A stretch of DNA of 63,574 nt, counting the filler, from Folioceros fuciformis (Eukaryota): NCBI GenBank assembly GCA_049999805.1. It is 4 parts of 3 records of this genome, joined end to end, with 100 filler letters (N's around TTAATTAATTAA, not from the genome) between each part and the next. Parts side by side here need not be neighbours in the genome. Positions count along the whole stretch, not along the records: positions 1 to 26,915 come from JBNGIO010005928.1; 3 more parts are not named here. The stretch is one strand, 5' to 3'. The notes below the pieces were generated by a model. The model did not search any database. It was given only the letters and a program-made list of their open reading frames with translations, and was not told the origin of the DNA. The position numbers were made by a program, and so were the translations under genes. The stretch's first letter is position 1; every line of letters begins with the position of its first letter. Of the stretch, positions 1-10,941 are shown piece by piece.

Positions 1-266
1 ACTTGAAGACGCTTGTCTGTGGACACATTGTGCACCTACTGAGAAATCTGAGGTTTGTGTGCGCCTAGGCTGCAAGGAGGTGGAGCAGATGTTGACGTCG
101 ACATGACGAGGGAAATGAATTTGCCATACCCTTCTATCCTGAAACACTCCCAGGACTTCCGCTGTGGCTGAGGCAGAGGCAGAGGCAGATGCAGAGGCAG
201 AGGCAGAGGCTGAGTCACCTCCATATAGTGCCTCCCAGCTTCGAACCTCTTCTGCAGCAGCAGCCT
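1..266 (-). CDS. Possible internal coding exon of a gene running off the window edge (Ser-Ala repeat)
   Basis: After a gtgtgcag acceptor-like site, an open frame AAAAEEVRSWEALYGGD(SA)n...QASSS continues to base 1. The (GAGGCA)n hexamer repeat at ~170-214 encodes the SA run. No family recognised. Confidence 0.25.
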
Positions 267-846
267 GCACACGCTACATCAGCCCTTCAGGTACGGAGTT
301 TCCGCAGAGAGCTTCCTTATGAACTTATTACGGTGAGATGGGAGGCAGGTTTAGCGAGGGCTAATCGTGTTCTTCTTTCTCATGGCTTCATGGCTTCTTA
401 CGCCAGGGTTTAAACGCCCTCCGAGTACACTACAATTCTTACATCATTTGATGTGTGTACTAGAATCGTCGATGAAATTTACTAGAGCTCTCAGACTTTC
501 CCAAAGCGATATAGTAGAAGCGCTGCTTTTTACTTCGGACTTAACATCACTGAAAAACTTTGATAAGAGTATATAACCCATATTCCCAATGGGTGTTACT
601 TGTCAGCCCTATATCTACATCACTATGCTACACGTCGGGAAGGCAGAGAGGTGCTTCGACCACAGTCGAGGAAAGTCCCCGGGCTACACGGCAGAGACTG
701 TCATCCCGAAAGGGTGGACCCTCACATTGTGGGGTAGCTAGCCACAGTACAGTCATGCGCCTGGTATCAAACCTTAATGCTACCGGAATGGGGCTTACTC
801 CTGCCTTCTCCTTTTGGAACAGCGTTCAGCTCCATTGCAGAGGTGA

Positions 847-3550
847 CTAGTCTATGAGGCCTGATCCCAGCGTGCTGTAGACGTTGTCCGAAGTGATGCT
901 TGCGATGCCCTCTACTCGTTCCGCCCCTTCAGCAAGGATGGAGTCCAGGTAAGACGGGTCGTTTATGACCTCCGCGTAAGATTTCTGTATGCCACGTCGC
1001 AATTCAGTCGAAGTTCACATAACAGGCGAGAAATCGGCTTACGCTTCGGGTTGGTAACAAAGTACCTGGATAGGGTCCAGGTGGGCAATGACAGCATCCA
1101 CCAGGACAGGCTTGAATTGGCCCCAGTTCATCGCTCCGCACTCGGATGCTACTTCGTGCAGTGGTGGTGTGAGGAGGTCATACGGGTGCCGCATCAAGGA
1201 TGCGTATACTATTTGATTGAATTTGGCCAGACCTCCTTGGTTTTGCCTGACACCAGCTGGTAGATTGATAAGAGATTGGTGCACTCTGGCCTCCCTGGGT
1301 TGTCAAATTCCATCCTGCACATGTTTTAGAGATGTAGCATGAATTTTCTCCGTTCAACTATACAGCATGAATTTAGCGAAGGCAGCTCCCCCATAGACCC
1401 CATTTGCCCAAGGCCCAAAGGCTAGAGCTTGCATCTTACCCCACATAAGAATCTGTCTTGCATCTTTTTATTTTATTCGTGATTTCCTGCAAACGTTCAG
1501 TACCTGTCAGCCAACTCCTCAAGAGGTCAGTACTTCAACATCTTGTACGCAGAGACGCAGTACATCATGTGTGTCAAGGAGATTTATGCGCGATTGATCA
1601 GACGGTGCTGATTTGGACATCTGTGGCCAAACAAACAACAAGCTTTTGATGAGAACAACAGCATCTTGAATGCCATGTATGTGCATCTGACAAAGTATAG
1701 GGATTGTTACCTTCGATAATCCATCTGTTAGCGACATTATACGTGCTCCAGCTGGTGGGATGAAAGCTTCTGGAACCTAATGGTCACGCAGGGTCCTTGC
1801 AATCATGTTGGCACCACATTTGCGTTCTGTACTTAACTGTGATGGGAATGGTTTCTTATTACCTTGAAAATTCTGCCACCCCTCCTGTAAGCGAACCAGA
1901 TATACGGACACAGCGGTTAAGGGATGGCACGTTTCTTGTTGAGGACCACACTCGTAGTGACAAGACAGTCACTCACCCTCCAAGCTTCTTCCATTTCTTG
2001 CCACCATATAAGTGGTTGACACGGTCTGCTATATCTCGAGTTAGCTCGAGGTGCTGTCGTTGATCTTCCCCAACTGGCACCAGATCACACTGTCTAACAA
2101 CGACACCATTTGTGACCACACAAGGAAGCACAGAAAACCTTGACGTATGAACAAAATGTTCGATCTGAGAGGATCACCTGGTAGAGAAGGATATCTGATG
2201 CCATTAACAGAGGATAAGTTAGCAGTCCAGTCCCTACATCCTCTCCCTGCAGATAGCCAACAGAACTGGTAAAGAAAAAGCACGACAATTAGGCTGACGC
2301 TTGTCAGCATCCCTGAATCCATATTGGCAAGCATATACGAGGACATTTGCACCACCAAAAACTCACAACACTTGCTATCTAGAACGTGGCAAGATTAAGA
2401 TCAGGGACCTACCGACTTGCGAGACTTTTCTTTGAATTGTATCATCTTGTTTAACCAGCTGATCGGTGTGACGCAGCTCAACAACCATGTCAGCTCTGTA
2501 TGCGCCGGGACATGGGATTGTATGAAAATTGAAGCCTGTGAGCGAAAAGCTTTGTGAACTGTAAGAAACTATGCACCATCACAATGCAAGACAGGAAAAA
2601 CAATTGCAAAAGAGAACAAAATCACCTTTGCAGGATCCACACCACAGGCGATGTACAGAGCAGCGGATTTCCTTGTTGCCTTTGACAGCTCTTGTGGTTC
2701 ATGAGGCAAAGTTATCTGCACAGCCCCACAGAAAACTGGCAGCTTATTCAAAGAAAAGAGACAGGCGTACATAATCAGACTCATGCTTGAGCAGAGTTTC
2801 CAAACAGCTCGTAGGCGAGAATCATACTGCATGCAAATCCACCACGAAGAAAAGCGTGTCGTAGACATCCTGCAAGGCAACCCGTAACGTTATTCGGATT
2901 TAATTCCTATGTTTTCTTCGGTATTCAGTGCAAACCATAATCCCACTCCCCTTTCCATCTGCTTGAATAATTAACCACGTGGAATGAATCTGAACAACCT
3001 GTAGCGAAACCCAGTTCTTGATGGCGCCGAGGTAATTTCCCAGATGGATGCTTCCTGTAGGCTGGACTCCAGAAACCACTCTTTTCCTGATTCATGGACA
3101 ATGTGTGAAATACACTATGAGAGCTGGAGAGTCTCAAACCCAGCTCGTGGAAAACAACCAACTAAGTTGACTCACCTCACAGAAGAAGAGCTGTCCGTGG
3201 CATCGATTGTGGGTGCGGATACAAGAGCTTCTGGAGCTGCACAAGTCCTGACCTTCCTTACATTTCCTTTCAAAAGATTTCGCCGAGGAAGGCGGTCAGA
3301 ATCTGCTAGAGAACAAACTTTGCATGGGAAGGCCCTTTCAAACAATGCAACTGAAACGCGGGCGGCCTCCCCTCGGCACCTGCGCACCACAGTGAACAAG
3401 GGGTTTGAGCACACAAATTGAAGCTCACCATCGTCACCTAGCGAAAGAAAGCAACGACGACACTCGAAAGGCATGTTACGCTCTTCACCCGGAGCGACTC
3501 GAAGAAAGCGTGAAATTCAGCAGAGGCTGGGCCACACAGGCTCGGGCCAT
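847..3550 (-). CDS. trpS: Tryptophanyl-tRNA synthetase, organellar (bacterial-type), multi-exon
   Basis: Spliced exons read [25 protein letters not shown] (HIGH-like, ~3000-3086), [49 protein letters not shown] (KMSKS) and KIKRCKTD. The transit-peptide-like N-terminus starts [11 protein letters not shown] at 3550; the TAG is at 847-849. Confidence 0.93.
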
Positions 3551-4304
3551 AGTCATGGCTCGGATTTTCATGGCCCCTCACGAATGCAACACCGGCTGGC
3601 AAGTGAAGCGAAGTTCTGTTTGTTCCGTTTTCCGGCGGCAGTGAAACGGGGGAAAGTGCCGATAAGAACTCGAATGGAAGGAATTGTTCGAAAAGTGTTG
3701 GAGCAGTCCTGCGGAAAATCTACGTAGCTCAAACAGGTTGCGCATCTTACTCTTCGTACAGGTCTATAGGCCGATGACCACAATGCTGGGAGATCTCTCA
3801 TTCGGAAGGCCGTCAAACAGCGCCACTGTTGCTCCTGGGGGCAGTGGTTACCATCTGGTCCACCATGGCAAGGAGTTGGAGCTGGCCTCAGTAAAGCTGG
3901 GGCCGTCTTCTCGAGCACTGTGGTTTACCTGGAAACCGAAAGGCAGCCTCGTCTCACATGCTGAACTTGGGATGAAGGGGAGTCAAGGCCTGGAACTACA
4001 ATCCTTGAATTTTTCAAAATGGCAGGAAAATGTTTCGAGGAAGGTATTGTCTCGATCTGCACTAGTCGTCATATCCTGGATATACCCAACCCAATGTTCT
4101 GCTTCACAGTGGGTGCAGGCTTACGTGTATGCAGAGCAATCCCAGCCTTTTTTATTCTCGTCATGAGGCTGCACAGCACTGCAGCGAGCTCCCAGGAACG
4201 AATTTTGTTTCCTTGCGTCGGGTTCGACGAGGGGTCTTCTCTCCAGTAGGTTTGTTTGCACTTGGCTCAAATTTACGTGTCGATTGAAGTGTCAAGGTTA
4301 GATT

Positions 4305-7010
4305 ATGCTGGGTCCATTGCTGAGTCTATTCTCCTCAGGCCGAACGGCGTCGACGGAAGACATTGGACTTGAAGAAGCGATGCACAGATTCCCTCTTCAG
4401 GTCTCAAATCTGGCTGATCAGGGACAACTGAAAGAAGCACTGCGACTGATCGACCAGGGGGGCATGGCAACCTCCTTTGACACTTATGTCCTCCTGCTGC
4501 AAGGTTGCAGTAGAATGAAGTGTCTTGCAGAGGCCAAGCAATTGCATGCTCACATGACTAAGAACGGGGTGGACTTGTCAGGATTTCTTGGAAACTCCGT
4601 TGTTGACATGTTTGTCAAATGTGGGAGCTTTCCAGATGCGCTTCTTGTGTTCAACAGGCTGGGGCACCGAAATGCTACCTCGTGGACGGCGATCATCACA
4701 GGGAATACCAGGAGTGGACAGCCTCGAGAAGCTCTGAGGTTGTATCGAAACATGCGTGAGGACAATGTGAAGCCAAACAAGTTCACCTTCTTAAGCCTTC
4801 TTAAAGCCTGCAGTAGTTTAGCAGATCTGAAAGAGGGGAAGTGGATCCATCAGGAAATTCTCAGCAGTGGGTTACATACAAACTTAATTGTAGCAACTAG
4901 TCTACTGGACATGTATGCAAAATGTGGGAGCATGGCGGACGCACAGCGAGTGTTTGATACACTACCTACGTGCGATGTAGTTGCATGGAATGCAATGATA
5001 ACAGGATACGCACAGCAAGAACAAGGTCAGAAGGTCTTCGAATTATTTGCTAAGATGAAGGAGAAGAATGTGAGACCAGATGATCGCACCTTTGTAGGTT
5101 TGCTGAAAGCATGTGGCAGCCTAGCAAGTAAGGAAGAGGACATGATCGTAGATGGCCAACTCGTCAAGTCTAATTCTCTGCAACAAGGCAGAGCGATTCA
5201 CGCTGAAGTCAGGGCAAGGGGATATGAATCAGACGAATTCGTAGGGAACAAGCTGGTTGACATGTACTCAAAATGCGGGAGTATGGTGGACGCACAGAGG
5301 GTATTTGACAATTTGTCCAAGCGCGATGTCATATCTTGGACAGCCATGATCCTAGGTTATGCCCAGCAAGAAGAGGGGGACAAGGCTTTGCAACTTTATC
5401 TTCAAATGCAACGTGAAGGGATCAGTCCAGATGCTCGGTCCTGTCTGGGTGGACTGAAAGCGTGTGCCAGCTTGGCAGCAGATGAAGAAGCGACACTGTG
5501 TGAGGGCCAATATCTCAAAGTACAAGCCCTGAGTCAGGGTAAGCTGATTCATGCAGAGGTGAAGAGGCGAGGCTTCCTTTTAGACCCATTTGTTGGGAAC
5601 ACTCTTCTGCACATGTATGCAAAATGCGGGGATCTGATTAATGCTCGTCGTGTCTTTGACACCCTGCCTCGCCGGAATGTGGTGTCCTGGAATGCAATGC
5701 TTGCGGCATACACTCTGCAGGAACAAAGCGAGACAGCCTTGCAGCTTTATGAACAAATGCAGGAACAAGGCGTTGGTTGCAATGACAGGACGCTTCTGAA
5801 CGTCCTGAGGGCTTGCAGCAGCTTAGCTTGTCTGGAAGAGGAGTCACTTGTGGATGGCCAACTCATGAAAGTGCAATCCTTAAAAAAGGGCTCTGTAATT
5901 CACGAGGATATCATTGCACGGGGCTATGAATCCATGACTGTCATTGGCAGTGCTCTTGTGGATATGTATGCCAAATGCGGCAACCTTGTGGAGGCGCAAC
6001 GTGTGTTTGACAAGCTGCCCCAGCGTGATGTACTGTCATGGACAGCCCTGATAGGAGGATATGCTCAGCAAGAACAAAGGGAGCAGGCAATGCAGCTCTA
6101 TGAAGAAATGCAAAAAAGTGGCGTCAGACCCAATTCAACCACTTTTCTCTGCATCCTGGAAGCCTGCAGCTGCATTGGAGCTTTAAACATGTGCATACAG
6201 ATTCATGACGACATCTCGAGGAGCGGAATTAAGTGGAGTAAAGATCTGGCAACCACTCTCATCCATGCATATGGGAAGTGTGGTAGCATGGTAGATGCTC
6301 AACGAGTCTTTGAAGCAGTTCCTCAGCATGACGTTCTGTCATGGACTGCATTGATTGCAGGATATGCAAGACAAGGGGAAAGTGAAAAAGCATTGCAATG
6401 TTTCGAAGGTATGAAACAGGCTGGCACGGAGCCAAACGGTGTCACATTTCTTGCTGTGCTGAGTGTATGCACCCATGCAGGCCTAGTGGAAAGTGGCCTT
6501 GACTATTTTGGAACCATGAAGGAACGCTATGGTATCAGTCCCAGAAGGGAGCACTATGCTTGTCTGGTGGATCTTCTTGGCCGAGCAGGTCTCTTGCAGC
6601 AGGCAGAAGACATCCTGAGGGGACTGCCAATGAAGCCTGATTTAACAGTTTGGTTGTGTCTTCTTGGTGCTTGCCGGACGTACAACGATGTAGAGATTGG
6701 CCGGCGTGCATTTGAGTGTGCAGTTAAATTGGATCCAAAACACTGTGCAGCGTATGTGTTGATGTCGAACATCTATGCCTCTGCTCAAATGTGGGAGGAG
6801 GCACAGAAGATCCAAGAACTCAGGGGAAGTATAGTCGATTTCAAGAAGCCTGGACAGAGCTGGATAGAGCAAGGTCAAACTGTGCACGTGTTTAGTGTGG
6901 GAGACAAAAGCCATCTTCAAATTGAAAAGGTTTATGAGAAACTAGGAGCATTGCGTGTACAAATGGAAGACCCAGGTCTTGCCCTTCTCACGTCTGCTCA
7001 GCGTTCCTGA
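4305..7010 (+). CDS. PLS-class PPR protein with E1/E2 and PG-box (E+ type, no complete DYW); organellar RNA-editing specificity factor
   Basis: Intronless 901-aa ORF with repeated P-L-S triplets (LVDMYAKCG...DVVSWNAMI..Y) and E motifs (HYACLVDLLGRAG; AAYVLMSNIYA). It contains KKPGQSWIE and stops before any HxE/CxxC deaminase motif. Confidence 0.95.
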   Translation: MLGPLLSLFSSGRTASTEDIGLEEAMHRFPLQVSNLADQGQLKEALRLIDQGGMATSFDTYVLLLQGCSRMKCLAEAKQLHAHMTKNGVDLSGFLGNSVVDMFVKCGSFPDALLVFNRLGHRNATSWTAIITGNTRSGQPREALRLYRNMREDNVKPNKFTFLSLLKACSSLADLKEGKWIHQEILSSGLHTNLIVATSLLDMYAKCGSMADAQRVFDTLPTCDVVAWNAMITGYAQQEQGQKVFELFAKMKEKNVRPDDRTFVGLLKACGSLASKEEDMIVDGQLVKSNSLQQGRAIHAEVRARGYESDEFVGNKLVDMYSKCGSMVDAQRVFDNLSKRDVISWTAMILGYAQQEEGDKALQLYLQMQREGISPDARSCLGGLKACASLAADEEATLCEGQYLKVQALSQGKLIHAEVKRRGFLLDPFVGNTLLHMYAKCGDLINARRVFDTLPRRNVVSWNAMLAAYTLQEQSETALQLYEQMQEQGVGCNDRTLLNVLRACSSLACLEEESLVDGQLMKVQSLKKGSVIHEDIIARGYESMTVIGSALVDMYAKCGNLVEAQRVFDKLPQRDVLSWTALIGGYAQQEQREQAMQLYEEMQKSGVRPNSTTFLCILEACSCIGALNMCIQIHDDISRSGIKWSKDLATTLIHAYGKCGSMVDAQRVFEAVPQHDVLSWTALIAGYARQGESEKALQCFEGMKQAGTEPNGVTFLAVLSVCTHAGLVESGLDYFGTMKERYGISPRREHYACLVDLLGRAGLLQQAEDILRGLPMKPDLTVWLCLLGACRTYNDVEIGRRAFECAVKLDPKHCAAYVLMSNIYASAQMWEEAQKIQELRGSIVDFKKPGQSWIEQGQTVHVFSVGDKSHLQIEKVYEKLGALRVQMEDPGLALLTSAQRS

Positions 7011-8058
7011 CCATTGTGTATCAGACAAACGGGAAACATGTTGGGACCGCAACTTGTCAATGAAGTCTGTGTACTGACTGGGTCCAAGATTCTGCTCATT
7101 TTCACACATCATCTCTTGCTAGTGCTAGGCTGTGTGAAAACCAAGGACCTGTCCAGGGCTGCAAGCGGTTATGGACTGGTGTCATGAGCAATCGGGAGTT
7201 TGGGCAGATCACAAATCAACCTAGCAGACATATGAGGCTGATGTGAGGGGTGTGTATGCTCAAATGCAAGACTAAATGAGGGTGCATGTCAGCGCGCTAA
7301 TGGCATGTTGCAACCTGGCCGCCAACGTCCAAGTTGCTACCCTCGTTCAGAAAGGTCTCACATCAATGTACTCGAAGACAGGGTTTGGAAATGCCCTCTG
7401 CACGTTTTGCAGCTTTGTGTAAGGGTCACACACGCGCTTGCAACATCATTTCGCATATCCATGTACAGAGCAGGAGACTTTATGTGACGAGTGAGGGGAA
7501 TGGTCCCCTACCCCACCCATGAAGCGTAAAATCACGTTTTGGGATAAAATCATCTTCATCAATTCCCTGTAAAAAAAACATTTTGGTCTCCTCGTTGTTT
7601 AGGCACAGATAACTGGAACGTGGGACGTGTATACCTCCTATTTCCAAAAGCTTGGAAAACAGCAGAAATGGAAAAAGAGAAAACAGCACTTCCTCGTACC
7701 GGAAGAGCTCCATATTCTGATCCAGGTAGCCAAAATCGACCGACAAATTGCGAATGCGAAGGCGAACTGTAGAGACCAAGTCTTTAACAACCTGATCTAT
7801 CCATGACTGACCGAACACTCCTAAACAAGCTCACCCAAACTATTCAATCGACGAAGCACACTCCAGGCTGACTCCGGCAGCTTGAAATGCAACGTTGTCC
7901 TCCCCGAAAACAGCGAGCTGATGATGGCACCGTAGCGTTCCCAGCAGAAGATTGAACACGACCTTCTTTTCAAGAACGTCTACTGGGAACACGGTCACTT
8001 CCACACTCATGCCCTGCACCTCCAAGCCTGTCAGGGCCAACGCTTGCGAGGCATCTTG

Positions 8059-9708
8059 CTAAGTTTCAAAGGGCTGGACTTGGAAGATGTCGGTATCGGG
8101 AAGGTATTCCAAGGGAATCTTTCGCCACATGTTTCGCGACATGTCGTAAGCAACCGCAGAGCCGTCCCCAGCGAAGAACGTACCATAAACGAAAATGACG
8201 AAGTCGTCGAAAACTCGCACGTTGAGCAACACCAGTCGGTCCCCCATACGCCACGCGGGAGTGGCGCAATCCCAGCCATCCGGCAGCAGCATGCGAATCG
8301 GGCACCTTTCCGCAATCCTGATCCACCGCTGCGCGGCATCGTCTAGCATCCAGATGCCAACAGAGCAGTACAAGAGCCTTCCGCGGTGCTCTACCACAAA
8401 GCATTTGGCCATTTTTTCGAGATTTTGGGCGTAGCGCCCGTCACCTTTGGGCAATGCCATGTGCCACACGTACCGGGGACCGCTCTCCATGCTCAGCCGC
8501 ACCAGCCTCCTACCATTTGTTGCCTGTATTACTGTGTAGAGATGTCCGTCACGGGCCAAAATTGTATCCATGTCATAGTACCTGGTCATAGCCTCCGCCG
8601 GGTGGCGTCGTATGCCTTTCCACTCACCGGTGATGCTGCTATAGATCAACTTGGCGTCTTCGGAATTGTCTGATGTAACCCCGAGGATGTTTGGTGGTCG
8701 AAAGTAAGGTGCTGAAACCTGAGCCAAGTACACCTCGAAATTGGGAAGTTCTCCTGTCGCACCTGCGACAGGTTGAGCCAAAAGGAAGACACGAAGACTC
8801 CAGAAGTTGTGAAGCATGGGCAAAACTTTGAAGCTCTTGTTCAAAGGATTCAGCACACACAAAACCATTCCCTCGGGTATGCGTCGACTGACGCATACCA
8901 AACAGACCGTTGTACAGAGGTCCACGCACGATTGTGTAGACTGGAACACCGGCGGCAAGAAGGACACATCCAGGTTCCAGGTCCAGGTCCTATAGAGCTG
9001 CGAATCTGAGTCTGAGTATCTTAGATAGCCGACCTCGAACTCCGGCTTCCTGCTTTGCGACAAAGAAATCGATGTGGCGCACTGGGAAGGCCACTCCGCT
9101 CGCGAAAGCAGTTCATGAAATGTCCGCTTGCGAAACTCTGGCTGATCAATCATGGCAAGCCAGGACTTGCACACAGATTTGCAGCGAGCCTGCGCTGCCA
9201 AGGGTAGGCAACTCAGCACCTCCTCCACTAAAATTTCCGGCAACGCCTGCCACAGCAGAGCACCGTTGTCTCTACCGTGAGAAGCAGCCCTTACGCCCTC
9301 CTCGCTAGTGGAACTATCAGCTTCTTGCTGTCCCCCGAAAATCTTGAGGTAATAGTTGATATTTTTCTGTCCTCGCGTGTTGTAGTCTGCCCTGTATCTA
9401 TCCAGTACCTGCTTGTCCTCGTCCTCGCTGGTGAAGACCCGGAACTCCATGTTCCTGACATCGACGACCACCTTTATGGACTCATCGTAGATGACCCTCC
9501 ACTCCCACCTACGAAACTTCCCCCAGTCCTCCCTGCCGTCCTCCCAGTCCTTCTCCCAGGTCTCCCCGAAATACCTCCTGCAGACCTCCTCCAAGGTCTC
9601 CCCCAACGGGTACGTCCTGGTGTTCATCAAGATCCTCCTGCCCGCCCTCCACACACGGGTTCCCGTGGCACCTACGACCTGCCCGTTCCTTGACGCAGAG
9701 CTTGCCAT
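8059..9708 (-). CDS. F-box protein with C-terminal beta-rich (kelch/FBA-like) domain and an extra N-terminal domain
   Basis: Intronless ORF with F-box WQALPEILVEEVLSCLPLAAQARCKSVCKSW, followed by LCVLNPL, LIYSSITGEW and AVAYDMSRNMWRKIP. Likely start MASSAS at 9708; the frame is open to an upstream ATG at 9924. Confidence 0.85.
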   Translation of the reverse strand: MASSASRNGQVVGATGTRVWRAGRRILMNTRTYPLGETLEEVCRRYFGETWEKDWEDGREDWGKFRRWEWRVIYDESIKVVVDVRNMEFRVFTSEDEDKQVLDRYRADYNTRGQKNINYYLKIFGGQQEADSSTSEEGVRAASHGRDNGALLWQALPEILVEEVLSCLPLAAQARCKSVCKSWLAMIDQPEFRKRTFHELLSRAEWPSQCATSISLSQSRKPEFEVGYLRYSDSDSQLYRTWTWNLDVSFLPPVFQSTQSCVDLCTTVCLVCVSRRIPEGMVLCVLNPLNKSFKVLPMLHNFWSLRVFLLAQPVAGATGELPNFEVYLAQVSAPYFRPPNILGVTSDNSEDAKLIYSSITGEWKGIRRHPAEAMTRYYDMDTILARDGHLYTVIQATNGRRLVRLSMESGPRYVWHMALPKGDGRYAQNLEKMAKCFVVEHRGRLLYCSVGIWMLDDAAQRWIRIAERCPIRMLLPDGWDCATPAWRMGDRLVLLNVRVFDDFVIFVYGTFFAGDGSAVAYDMSRNMWRKIPLEYLPDTDIFQVQPFET

Positions 9709-10941
9709 GGTCGCCACTCCCTCAGCCTCCTGAATGAGAACTAACAGGCCAGGCCGCAGGCACGTGTGAAAACCAGTAGGCCGGATCGTTGCTAGCGCAC
9801 AAGTCGTACCGCTCTCAACTTCACGACACGACACAACACAACACCAGGCTCCGCTCTGCCTAGCCCACTGCCAAGTTGCCAACCTATCCCTTAGGCCAAA
9901 TCTGGGAATAAGTAGGGATACCATGGAACAAGTTAAGTACCAAGTTCCATATCGGAAATTCGTCCTTTAGTGGCCTCTGAATAGAATTCTTCGTCCGCAG
10001 ATATTGCCCTATCTGTTCCCGAGATGTTTGCCCACTGTCCAGCAAGAACTCGCAAACCACCACCCCATTCCACTTTGGTTTGTCCAGCAAGAACTAGCAA
10101 TTCCAAGCACTGCGGGGCTTACTTCATCCTAAAGAGGAAGGAGTGTGGCTTACCTCGTGGTGAAGGAAGTATGTAGTCTGACCTACTCTTGATTGAGAGG
10201 CAGCTGCTCATTCTGGGACCCACGTGTATCACTCATCTTCACAACTTATGTAGTTTAAAAACATTGGAACTCACCTTCAGAAGACTGGAGATTCAGCGAT
10301 TCTGACAGTAAGGGATGCAGTTCAGGAGGGCAGTAGGTTGGTGGTGTTTCATCAGGCCGTAGCGTAGCTTTGGCAAGCATGCAGCGCGCAAAGCAGGAGG
10401 CTTGCCAATTCCGACTCCCTGGAGTCGGTGTTTTCATTACCGAAACAGCTACCAATAAAATTTTATATTGAAAGGTATTATGTGGGCAGAGAAAAACAAG
10501 AAAGCAAATTGTCTTACCGGCATTGACATGTTTTTGGAATCCGCCACAGCCAGTATTTACCCAGTAAGTAAGAACATACTCCGGTTGTAAGGCAGAGAAG
10601 GTTGCAACTTGCGTGCCAAAAAGTCTGTGGAACGTGGGATACACAATGCTTTGGTTGGCACAGTTTCCACGCCCCACAGCCCGTGTTTTGGATCTCGCCG
10701 CTCATTGAAGGGGAACGATAACCAAATCGCCGGACGGGACGCATGTGAGGATCCGCAAGTCAGGCCTGGCTTTTAGCTGCTACCAAGCAGGGATTCGGGA
10801 GAGAGCCTATGGCGGTGGGTCGGCTGCAAATGCCGCCCACAGAGACTGAACTAGCACAGGCCGAGCGGGATCGAGATCGGAGAACGAGGCAGGGTAGTTG
10901 GCATTGATTTGAGCCGGAACTCGACCCGAGCTGTGCAAGAA

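Noticed and set aside
3684-4166. 160-aa ORF upstream of the first PPR
   Set aside because: No homology recognised. It may be a 5' exon or uORF, but this cannot be supported from sequence alone.
7480-8040. Collinear minus-strand ORFs downstream of the F-box gene
   Set aside because: Interrupted by stops, with no recognisable motif or convincing splice structure.
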